The translations under genes and the position numbers were made by a program. From assembly GCA_001799615.1 (NCBI GenBank), contig MGTU01000023.1:2020-66019 (forward strand): 64,000 bases of DNA, given 5' to 3'. Below are positions 44,682 to 52,570 of the stretch, one piece after another. Below the pieces are notes generated by a model. That model did not search any database. It saw nothing but the letters and a program-made list of their open reading frames with translations, and had not been told where the DNA came from. Numbering within the stretch: position 1 is the first letter of the stretch; each line of letters begins with the position of its first letter. The DNA comes from Elusimicrobia bacterium GWA2_61_42 (lineage in GTDB: Bacteria > Elusimicrobiota > Elusimicrobia > Elusimicrobiales > UBA9959).

Positions 44682-45806
44682 ATGGCTCACGCGTATACAC
44701 CCGGACTTAAAGTCATGCCCTGCACGCTGCTTAAGAAAAAAAGGCTGCTGCCCATCCCCGGCAAAGTGCTGGCCGCCCTGGACCAGCAGGTCGACTCGCT
44801 CGACGTGGTGGCCCAGACCGAACTGCCCGGCAAGGTTTTCTCCGTCAACGTGGCGAACCGCCTGGCCGTCGGCCCCGACGAGATACAGGGCTTCATGCTC
44901 AAGGCGGAGGGCGATCCCGTTAAGAAGGGCGACATTATCGCCGAGAATAAGCCTTTCCTGAAATGGTTCAAGACCTCGGTGGAGTCGCCCGTGGACGGCA
45001 CCGTGGAAGCCATCTCCTTTATAACCGGCCAGGTGCTGCTCCGGGAGCCGCCGAAAGTCCTGCCTATAAAAGCCTACGTGAAAGGTAAAGTGGTGGAGGT
45101 CACGCCCAATTTCGGCGTTACCATCGAGGCGGAAGGCACGTTCATCCAGGGCATTTTCGGCATAGGTGGCGAGACCAACGGCGAGATCTGCGTGGCCGTC
45201 TCCAGCCCCGACGAGGACCTGCAGCCCGAGGCCCTCAAGGAAACGCACAAAGGCAAGATCCTGATAGGCGGCAAGCACGCCAGCCTGGCCACGATCAAGC
45301 GCGCCATAGAACTGGGCGTCAACGCCATAGTGGTGGGCGGCATCCACGACCGCGACCTCCGGCAGCTGCTGGGCTACGACATCGGCGTGGCCGTGACCGG
45401 CAGCGAGCAGCTGGGCGTCACCGTCATCATCACGGAAGGCTTCGGCATGATCCCCATGGCCGAGTATACTTTCAAGCTGCTTTCCTCCCGCAACGGCGAG
45501 AAGGCCTCCGTGTCCGGCGCCACGCAGATCCGCGCCGGCGTCATGCGCCCGGAGATCATCGTGCCCGGCTTCCCCAAGAACGTGACGGAGTGCAAGAAGG
45601 ACCAGGGGCGCGGCTGGATAGAACCCGGCGACCCGATCCGCATCATCCGCGAACCGCATTTCGGCGTGATAGGCACGGTCAAGTCCCTGCCCCCGGAACT
45701 CACCGTCATCGGCAGCGAGTCCCACGCCCGCGTGCTGGAAGTCACGCTGGACGGCGGCGAGGTCATAGTTATCCCCCGCGCCAATATCGAAGTGCTGGAG
45801 AAATAG
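44682..45806 (+). CDS. Hypothetical protein with barrel-sandwich (lipoyl-like) N-terminal region
   Basis: 374-aa ORF with GGAGGA RBS. Hairpin motifs GDPVKKGDIIAE and SPVDGTVEAI, but no biotin/lipoyl Lys motif. Central Gly-rich alpha/beta segment (GKILIGGKHASLATIKRAIELGVNAIVVGG) and a beta-rich C-terminus. Confidence 0.6.
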   Translation: MAHAYTPGLKVMPCTLLKKKRLLPIPGKVLAALDQQVDSLDVVAQTELPGKVFSVNVANRLAVGPDEIQGFMLKAEGDPVKKGDIIAENKPFLKWFKTSVESPVDGTVEAISFITGQVLLREPPKVLPIKAYVKGKVVEVTPNFGVTIEAEGTFIQGIFGIGGETNGEICVAVSSPDEDLQPEALKETHKGKILIGGKHASLATIKRAIELGVNAIVVGGIHDRDLRQLLGYDIGVAVTGSEQLGVTVIITEGFGMIPMAEYTFKLLSSRNGEKASVSGATQIRAGVMRPEIIVPGFPKNVTECKKDQGRGWIEPGDPIRIIREPHFGVIGTVKSLPPELTVIGSESHARVLEVTLDGGEVIVIPRANIEVLEK

Positions 45807-45865
45807 CTTTCGGCGGCGGCGAGCGACGGGCGGCTGGCCGCTATCGCTCGCCGCTTACTTTTGTC

Positions 45866-48031
45866 ATGGCAAAAAAGAACAAGAAGGAACCAGGCAAGGC
45901 CCGGGACGTAGAGGCGGCCGGCTCGCGCTTTCCCGGCTGGCTGGCCTGGGCGGCGTTCGGCCTCTGGGTCTTCTGGGTCTTTAAGAATTACCTGTCGAAA
46001 CTTCCCCCCGACCTTAACTCGCTGTTCGTCCTGCTCGCTCCCGGCCAGTATTTTTCTTCCGGCCTCCTCTCCGCCCTGCCCGGGCACGCGGCCGCACTGG
46101 CCGCCGGCCTGGCCTTCCTGCTGGCCGCCGCCGGCCTGGGCCGGTTCCTGCTGGTGAGCCTGCTGAAAGCGGGCCCGTTCAGCGCTTTGGAGGAGATAGT
46201 TTTTTCGGCGGCGCTGGGCCTGGCGGCTTTCGCGCACGCCGTGCTGGCCCTGGCGGCCGGCGGGTTCCTTTACCGGTGGCCCGTGCTGGCGCTGCTGGCC
46301 GTATCCGCGGGGCTGGGCGTCTTCTCGCTGAAGTCCTCGCCCCCGGCGCCGCAGGCCCAGGAGCCGTTCCGGCCGGACTTCCCGGCCTTCCTGGCTTTTA
46401 CGCTGCTGGCGGCCGCGCTGCTGCTGGGCCTGGCCGGGGCGCTCAGCCCCGAGATCTTTTACGATTCGCTGGTCTACCACCTGGCCGTTCCCAATTTTTA
46501 CGTCATTAAACACGGCCTGGCGGACATGCCGTATAACCTTTACTCCAACCTTTTCCTGCTGCACGGGATGCTCTATTCAGCGGGCCTGCTGCTGAAAGAC
46601 GAAATGGTGCCCAAGCTGATCAACTACGCGGCCGGCGTCCTGAGCGTGGCCGCGGTGCTGGGGCTGGGCCGCAGGTATTTCACGGCCAGGGCCGGCCTCT
46701 GGGCCGCGCTGATCTTTTATACCGTGGCGCACGCGCTGCTGGCCGCCTGGTCCTCCGGCACGGAGTCCCTGCTTACGCTTTTCTCGCTGTGCGCCCTGGC
46801 CGCGGCCCTCCGCCACGAGCCCGGCGAGAAAAAATTCCTGGTCCTCAGCGCCTTCCTCGCCGGCTGCGGCATGGCGGTGAAGTCCACCGGCCTTTTCTCC
46901 GCCGCGGGCGTCGGCCTGGTGCTGCTGTACCGCGGCCGCTCCAGCCCCGGGGCGGCGCTGCGCTCGGCGCTGCTTTTTACCCTGGTGGCGGCGCTGCCCG
47001 TGCTGCCCTGGCTGGTCAAGAACCAGGTTTACCGGCATAATCCTTTTTTCCCCTTCATGACTTCGGTCTTCGGCGTGCCCGCCAACGCGGACGCCGTCAA
47101 GATAAATAATTTTATGGGAGAAACCAGGCAGATCGGGGCCGTGGAATTAAAGCCGTGGCTGCTGCATCCCTGGAAGATCACGATGGGCGAGATCGGCAAC
47201 TCGCAGTATTTTACGCCGCTTTTCCTGGCCCTGCTGCCGCTGCTTTTCCTGCTGCCGGCTTCGGGCGGAACGGCGCCGTTCTGGATCTATTTTCTTTCCG
47301 GCTGGCTGCTCTGGTCCTTCGCCTCTACCATGGTGCGCTTCCTGATGCCGGCCTACCCGGCCGCCGCGCTGCTTATCGCGGCCGCCCTGGAGGGCAAGGG
47401 GCAGCGGGCGCTGCGCCGCGCGCTTTCCTACGTCACGCTGGCCTCCTGCGCGCTGGGCCTGTACTGGGCCGGGCTGATCTTCTACTCGCAGGGGCGCTGG
47501 AAGCCCGTGCTGGGCCTGGTCTCCAGGACCGATTACCTTTCCAATACGCAGCCCACCTACCCTTACAGCCATTACGCGGCCATAGAGTTCATAAATCAAA
47601 AGCTGCCGGCCGGCGCCAAAACGCTGATCATAGGCGACGGCAGGAGTTTCTATTTTAAGAAGGATTTCGTCGTGAGCTCCGTCTTCGACAAGACCCCGAT
47701 AGTGGAGTACGCGGCCGCCTCCCGCGGCGGCGAGGAACTTTACGCCCGGCTGCGCGCGGAAGGCATAACGCATTTGCTGATAAACGCGGCCGAGGCCATA
47801 AAGCTGCAGGGCTACGGCGTCCTGTACTGGGACGCGCGGGCGCGCGGCGTGTTCGACGAGTTCTGGGCGAGCCACGCCGTCGAGGTTTTCGGGCGCGACG
47901 AGACCCAGGGCGGCAGGTTCCTCAACCGCGTCGCGGTGTACGAGATAGCCCAAAAGCTCCCCCGGGGGACGCCGCCCGCTTTCAACGTTATGAAAGAGGT
48001 CATCATGAGGAATATAGAGGCGGGCAGGTGA
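45866..48031 (+). CDS. Polytopic membrane protein with GT-C (PMT/ArnT-like) glycosyltransferase architecture
   Basis: 721 aa from ATG 45866; the track ORF starts at 45590 inside the previous gene. Lys-rich N-terminus, at least 11 hydrophobic helices, early-loop acidic motif PEIFYDSLVYH, and an about 230-aa soluble C-terminal domain. Confidence 0.6.
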   Translation: MAKKNKKEPGKARDVEAAGSRFPGWLAWAAFGLWVFWVFKNYLSKLPPDLNSLFVLLAPGQYFSSGLLSALPGHAAALAAGLAFLLAAAGLGRFLLVSLLKAGPFSALEEIVFSAALGLAAFAHAVLALAAGGFLYRWPVLALLAVSAGLGVFSLKSSPPAPQAQEPFRPDFPAFLAFTLLAAALLLGLAGALSPEIFYDSLVYHLAVPNFYVIKHGLADMPYNLYSNLFLLHGMLYSAGLLLKDEMVPKLINYAAGVLSVAAVLGLGRRYFTARAGLWAALIFYTVAHALLAAWSSGTESLLTLFSLCALAAALRHEPGEKKFLVLSAFLAGCGMAVKSTGLFSAAGVGLVLLYRGRSSPGAALRSALLFTLVAALPVLPWLVKNQVYRHNPFFPFMTSVFGVPANADAVKINNFMGETRQIGAVELKPWLLHPWKITMGEIGNSQYFTPLFLALLPLLFLLPASGGTAPFWIYFLSGWLLWSFASTMVRFLMPAYPAAALLIAAALEGKGQRALRRALSYVTLASCALGLYWAGLIFYSQGRWKPVLGLVSRTDYLSNTQPTYPYSHYAAIEFINQKLPAGAKTLIIGDGRSFYFKKDFVVSSVFDKTPIVEYAAASRGGEELYARLRAEGITHLLINAAEAIKLQGYGVLYWDARARGVFDEFWASHAVEVFGRDETQGGRFLNRVAVYEIAQKLPRGTPPAFNVMKEVIMRNIEAGR

Positions 48032-48057
48032 GCCCGGGCCCGCGGCCGGGCCTTGCG

Positions 48058-48090
48058 GACCGGAGGCTGAAACCCTCCGGTTTTCTCTTG
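48058..48090 (+). terminator. Putative intrinsic terminator (or attenuator) inside the island
   Basis: CCGGAGG-ctgaaac-CCTCCGG (48060-48080), followed by TTTTCTCTT. Lies 29 nt after the stop of the GT-C-like gene. Confidence 0.55.
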
Positions 48091-48116
48091 CCTGAAAAAT
48101 CCATAAAGTGTATATT
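48088..48116 (+). promoter_or_regulatory. Putative internal promoter for the four-gene membrane module
   Basis: TTGCCT (48088-48093), 17 nt, TATATT (48111-48116). ATG 48128 follows 11 nt later with no Shine-Dalgarno sequence. Confidence 0.45.
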
Positions 48117-48127
48117 ATTAGACAGTT

Positions 48128-49363
48128 ATGATTAAAACCAAAGTAATCACCCTTATTGCTTTCATGTTATTCGCGGCCGGCAGCGCCTTCGCCGCTAAAC
48201 CGGCGCCGGCTATCGACGGGTTCGCCGCCCTGGATATGCCTTACGACGTCGGCAACGCGGCGGTCCTCAGGTGGCCTGCCAATCCCGCCGACACCGACGA
48301 TACCTCTTACGTGGTCTACGTCTCCACCCACGAAACCGGCGGGTGGCTGGAGGCCGACCGGTTCGCCGCCGCCGCGAAAACCGGCAAGGACATCGAACTC
48401 CCTTTCTGGGCCTGGAACGGCTCCGCCGCGGAGCACGCCGTAAAGATCGAGCTTAATAACCTTTTCGGAGAGAGCCTGCCCAGTTCCGTTTTCCAGTTCC
48501 GGGTGACGGCAGAAAAGAACAAGAAGGTCATCGCCGAGTCGGCTGTCGTGTCCGTTATGCCGGTGGGCAACTGGTTCCGGCTTGACCGCCTCAATAACCT
48601 TATCCTGCTCATCGTCCTCATTATTATCTTCTTCTGGGCGGTGTCCCACGCCAAGCGCAAGGGCCTGTTCATCCGCCGCATAGCCGGCCTGGACGCCATC
48701 GACGAGGCCATCGGCCGCGCCACCGAAATGGGCAAGCCCATCTTCTACGTGCCCGGCATCGGTTCCATGGGGTCCATCTCCACCATCGCTTCCGCGTTCA
48801 TCCTGGGCGAGGTTTCCAAAAAGGTAGCCCAGTACGATTCCCAGATCAAGGTCCCCCATTACGACCCCATCGTCATGACCGTCTGTAAAGAGATCGTCAA
48901 ACAGTCCTATATGGAAGCCGGCCGCCCGGATTCCTACCGCGAAGACATCAACCAGTTCGTCAGCGCGGACCAGTTCTCTTACGCGGCCTCGGTGGACGGC
49001 ATGATCTCGCGCGAAAAACCCGCCGCCTGCTTCTACATGGGCTACTTCATGGCGGAGTCCCTGCTGCTGGCCGAAGTGGGCGCCACCTCCGGCGCCATCC
49101 AGATAGCCGGCACCGACGTGGAGCACCAGCTGCCCTTCTTCTTCACCGCCTGCGACTACACCCTGATAGGCGAAGAGCTTTACGCCGCGGGCGCCTACCT
49201 CTCCAAGGAGCCCATGCTGCTCAGCGCCCTCAAGGTGCAGGACTTCGGCAAGCTGATCGTCATGGTCTCGGTTTTCTTCGGAATGATCCTGGTGGTGCTG
49301 GGCGCGAAGCTCGGCTGGACCGATTTCGTCCAGGGCCTGCTCCACCTGTTCAAAGGCTACTAA
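48128..49363 (+). CDS. Hypothetical bitopic/tritopic membrane protein (ectodomain + cytoplasmic domain)
   Basis: 411-aa ORF. Signal/anchor ITLIAFMLFAAGSAFA, about 130-aa beta-rich ectodomain (VLRWPANP..YVVYVS..FQFRVTA, FN3-like), TM LILLIVLIIIFFWAV, about 210-aa cytoplasmic domain, C-terminal TM. No family recognised. Confidence 0.6.
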   Translation: MIKTKVITLIAFMLFAAGSAFAAKPAPAIDGFAALDMPYDVGNAAVLRWPANPADTDDTSYVVYVSTHETGGWLEADRFAAAAKTGKDIELPFWAWNGSAAEHAVKIELNNLFGESLPSSVFQFRVTAEKNKKVIAESAVVSVMPVGNWFRLDRLNNLILLIVLIIIFFWAVSHAKRKGLFIRRIAGLDAIDEAIGRATEMGKPIFYVPGIGSMGSISTIASAFILGEVSKKVAQYDSQIKVPHYDPIVMTVCKEIVKQSYMEAGRPDSYREDINQFVSADQFSYAASVDGMISREKPAACFYMGYFMAESLLLAEVGATSGAIQIAGTDVEHQLPFFFTACDYTLIGEELYAAGAYLSKEPMLLSALKVQDFGKLIVMVSVFFGMILVVLGAKLGWTDFVQGLLHLFKGY

Positions 49364-49366
49364 CTT

Positions 49367-50035
49367 ATGAAACTGATAAAAAAACATATACCTTTAGCCA
49401 TAGTGATGGTCACCGGCGTCCTGACGCTGGTGTCCTATTACGTTCCTAACAAGCTGTCCGTCAACTACATCGAGACCCTGAGCCAGTGGGAAAATATCGT
49501 GGTGGCCTTCGCGTTCCTGCTGGGGCTCATCAGCCTGTTCTTCTCCCACTACAACAAGATCTCCAGGAAGGCGGACGGCTGGGGCTACAGCGTGTTCGTC
49601 TTCGTGGGTTTCCTGGCGATGGTGCTGCCCGCCTACCTCAGCCACGGCAAGCAGATGACCGACGCGGGCCTTACGCCGCTGGGCTGGTCTTTCAAATTCA
49701 TCTATAACGCCCTCTCCGGCACCATGTTCGCGGTGCTGGCTTTCTACATCGTCTCCACCGCCTACAGGTCGTTCAGGATAAAATCCATGCAGGCTTTCGT
49801 CCTGTTCGTGGCGGCCTTCATCCTGATCCTCGGCAAGGTCCCGCTGGGCCAGATAATCTGGGATTCCGTGCTGGGCTGGACGGGCCAGGGCGTTTCGGAC
49901 GTCATAGAGTGGATCATGCAGGTCCCCGCCGTGGCCGGCAAGCGCGGCATCATGATCGGCATCTCCATCGGCGCCATCGTGACCTCGCTCAAGATAATCT
50001 TCGGCATCGAGAAACAGTATATGGGGAAGGACTAG
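49367..50035 (+). CDS. Hypothetical polytopic membrane protein (about 6 TM)
   Basis: 222-aa ORF starting 3 nt after the previous stop. Six hydrophobic helices. No family recognised. Confidence 0.6.
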   Translation: MKLIKKHIPLAIVMVTGVLTLVSYYVPNKLSVNYIETLSQWENIVVAFAFLLGLISLFFSHYNKISRKADGWGYSVFVFVGFLAMVLPAYLSHGKQMTDAGLTPLGWSFKFIYNALSGTMFAVLAFYIVSTAYRSFRIKSMQAFVLFVAAFILILGKVPLGQIIWDSVLGWTGQGVSDVIEWIMQVPAVAGKRGIMIGISIGAIVTSLKIIFGIEKQYMGKD

Positions 50036-50039
50036 ACAT

Positions 50040-50864
50040 ATGCTCAAGGAACAACTTCAGAAATTCTTCAAGATAGACAGGCGCTGGATCTTCCTGCTGC
50101 TGGCAATCACGCTGTTCGTCCCGATCATGAAGCCTATCGGCCTGCCTAACAAGACCATCTCCCCCGCCACCAAGAGGGTCTATGAGAGCATCGAGAAACT
50201 GCCCGCCGGTTCTTTCGTGCTTTTCTCGCTCGACTACGACCCCTCGACCAGGCCCGAACTGCACCCCATGGCCACGGCGCTGCTCCGGCACGCTTTCTCG
50301 AAGAACCTGCGCGTTGGCGTGGTCACCTATATCGCCGGCTCCACCGGCCTGATAGAGGAGATCTTTGCCAAGGTCCCCAAGGAATATAATAAGAAGGACG
50401 GGGTCGATTACACGATCCTGCCGTACCAGCCCAATGTGCTGGCGGTCATGACGCAGATGTCCTCGGACCTCTACGGCATCTACTCCCAGGACCGCAACGG
50501 CAACCCGATCATCGACATGCCCGTAATGAAGGGCGTGAAGAACTACAGGGACATGTCGCTGGTGGTAAGCGTTACCGGCACCGCGCTGCTGGATTACTGG
50601 GTGGCCTACGTGGGCGACAAGTACGGCGTGCCGGTGGCCGGCGGCGTTACCGCCATCAGCCAGCCCGGCTACGGGCCCTACCTGCAGACCAACCAGCTGA
50701 AAGGCCTCATCGGCGGCATGAAAGGCGCCGCGGAATACGAGTCGCTGATCAAGCAGCCGGGTAAAGGGACTTCGGGCATAGACGCCCTTAACCTCGCGCA
50801 CCTGCTGGTGCTGGCGCTGATCCTGACTTCCAATATCATTCTTCTGTTCGTAAAGTATTTTTGA
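50040..50864 (+). CDS. Hypothetical membrane protein (TM - soluble domain - TM)
   Basis: 274-aa ORF starting 4 nt after the previous stop. N-terminal TM WIFLLLAITLFVPIM, about 220-aa soluble domain, C-terminal TM LLVLALILTSNIILLFV. No family recognised. Confidence 0.6.
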   Translation: MLKEQLQKFFKIDRRWIFLLLAITLFVPIMKPIGLPNKTISPATKRVYESIEKLPAGSFVLFSLDYDPSTRPELHPMATALLRHAFSKNLRVGVVTYIAGSTGLIEEIFAKVPKEYNKKDGVDYTILPYQPNVLAVMTQMSSDLYGIYSQDRNGNPIIDMPVMKGVKNYRDMSLVVSVTGTALLDYWVAYVGDKYGVPVAGGVTAISQPGYGPYLQTNQLKGLIGGMKGAAEYESLIKQPGKGTSGIDALNLAHLLVLALILTSNIILLFVKYF

Positions 50865-50894
50865 TAGGTTTTATAACTTTCTTTTGAGGTGATT

Positions 50895-51626
50895 ATGTCA
50901 GAAACATGGCTTATTATCGGCGGTTGGGTTTCCGCGGGGCTCACGATCTTCCTGTTCAGCTTCCTTTACAAGGACAACCCGTTCTTTAAAATAGCCGAGC
51001 ACCTGTACCTCGGCGCCGGCATGGGCTGGCTGTTCCAGGTTTCGGTCACCAACGTGTGGCTGCCGAAGATCTGGGAGCCCGTGATGAACGGCGAGCTGCT
51101 GGTGATAATCCCCTCCATCCTGGGTATTTCGCTGCTGACCCAGTTCATCCCCAGGATCTCCTGGATCTCCCGCTACGGCTTCACCTTCATGATGGGCTAC
51201 GGGTCCGGCCTGGCCATCCCCGCCGGGTTGTCCACCGACTTCCTCAGCCAGATCGGCGGCACGATAAAGCCTTTCTCGATGCTGGCCTCCATGACCCCGT
51301 TCAATATCTTCGGGTCGCTGCTGGTGGCGGGCGGCACTATCTGCGTGCTCTTCTACTTCTTTTTCTCGGTGGAGCATAAAGGCCACCTGCAGAAGATCTC
51401 CAACGTGGGCATTTACTTCCTGATGATCTACTTCGGCGCGGCGTTCGGCAACACCGTCATGGCCCGCTTCTCGCTGCTGTACGGACGCTTCGACGACCTG
51501 TACACCTACTCCGCGGTAAAGTATTTCTACGCCACCCAGGTCATCCTGGTAGCCATGGTCGTCTACTTTATCCTGCACTCCTTCTTCACGAAGAATAAGA
51601 AAGACGTTTCCGAGGAAGCCGCCTAG
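50895..51626 (+). CDS. Hypothetical polytopic membrane protein (about 7 TM)
   Basis: 243 aa from ATG 50895 (GAGGTGA RBS just upstream); the track begins at GTG 50889. About seven hydrophobic helices. No family recognised. Followed by a strong terminator. Confidence 0.6.
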   Translation: MSETWLIIGGWVSAGLTIFLFSFLYKDNPFFKIAEHLYLGAGMGWLFQVSVTNVWLPKIWEPVMNGELLVIIPSILGISLLTQFIPRISWISRYGFTFMMGYGSGLAIPAGLSTDFLSQIGGTIKPFSMLASMTPFNIFGSLLVAGGTICVLFYFFFSVEHKGHLQKISNVGIYFLMIYFGAAFGNTVMARFSLLYGRFDDLYTYSAVKYFYATQVILVAMVVYFILHSFFTKNKKDVSEEAA

Positions 51627-51642
51627 CGCGGGGCGCAAGCCG

Positions 51643-51680
51643 AAAAAGGGCGGGCCGGAATATCCGGCCCGCCCTTTTTT
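51643..51680. terminator. Bidirectional intrinsic terminator
   Basis: AAAAA-GGGCGGGCCGGA-ata-TCCGGCCCGCCC-TTTTTT: a perfect 12-bp GC-rich stem (51648-51674) between convergent genes. Confidence 0.85.
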
Positions 51681-51696
51681 ATTTACGCCCCGCGCT

Positions 51697-52554
51697 TTAT
51701 TTTATGATCTCTATCTTCGCCTTCTGGCGCAGTTCGGCGGCCAGTTCCGGCAGCCTGGCGGTTATGGCCTGGTTGAGCAGGGCGGCCTTGATCTCTTCTT
51801 TCAGCGGCTCGAAAGCGGCTTCCTGTCCCGGTTTGCGCTCCTCCGCCTTGAAAATGCTGTAACCGTTGCCCGTGGCCAGCGGCTTGGTGTACTGGCCCGG
51901 CTTAAGGGCGAAGATCTCCTTCTCCATTTCCGGCAGCAGCATGCCTTTGGAAATATAGCCGAGGCTGCCGCCGTTCTTGCGCAGGTTGGCGTCGGCCGAT
52001 TTAAGGCCGGAGAGCTTGGCGAAGTCGGCGCCCACCGAGGTGAGCAGCTCATAAGCGTCGTCGGCTTCGGCCCTGGTGTTAACGAAGATCTGGCTCAGCT
52101 TCACTGATTCCGGGGCGCCCATGCGCTCCTTGTTCTTGTCGAAGAAGTCTTTGGCTTCCGCGTCGGTCACGGACAGTTTTTTCGCCGTTATCAGCACCGC
52201 TCGGATGGTCTGCTGGCGGCGTATAAGGTCGCGCAGGTCGGCCGGCGACCAACCGACGGACTTCAGGTTCTTTTCGAACTGCGCCTTGTCGGCGTAGCCG
52301 GCGGCCAGGCTGTCGAAGCGGGCTTCCGTCTCTTTCTGGTCCGCTTTTACGCCGAGGCGCGCGGCTTCCTCCAGCAGGAGTTTCTCGTCTATGATCTCCG
52401 AGAGCGCCTGGGCGCCGTGCTGCCACCAGAGCTTCTTCGTCAGTTCTTCGCGGGAGACCTTCTGGCCGTTCACCAGGGCCACTTCCTTCTCCGCGGCGTA
52501 AAGCCCGGTGGCGAACGCCGCCAGGACGGCCGCCGCTAATATGGTTTTTTTCAT
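51697..52554 (-). CDS. Peptidyl-prolyl cis-trans isomerase, SurA/PrsA-like (parvulin type)
   Basis: 285-aa ORF. Signal peptide, chaperone-like helical N-domain, and a parvulin domain (VKLSQIFV...GGSLGYISKGMLLPEMEKEIFALKPGQYTKP..TGNGYSIFK). Confidence 0.8.
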   Translation of the reverse strand: MKKTILAAAVLAAFATGLYAAEKEVALVNGQKVSREELTKKLWWQHGAQALSEIIDEKLLLEEAARLGVKADQKETEARFDSLAAGYADKAQFEKNLKSVGWSPADLRDLIRRQQTIRAVLITAKKLSVTDAEAKDFFDKNKERMGAPESVKLSQIFVNTRAEADDAYELLTSVGADFAKLSGLKSADANLRKNGGSLGYISKGMLLPEMEKEIFALKPGQYTKPLATGNGYSIFKAEERKPGQEAAFEPLKEEIKAALLNQAITARLPELAAELRQKAKIEIIK

Positions 52555-52570
52555 GGGTTCCTCCGTATCC

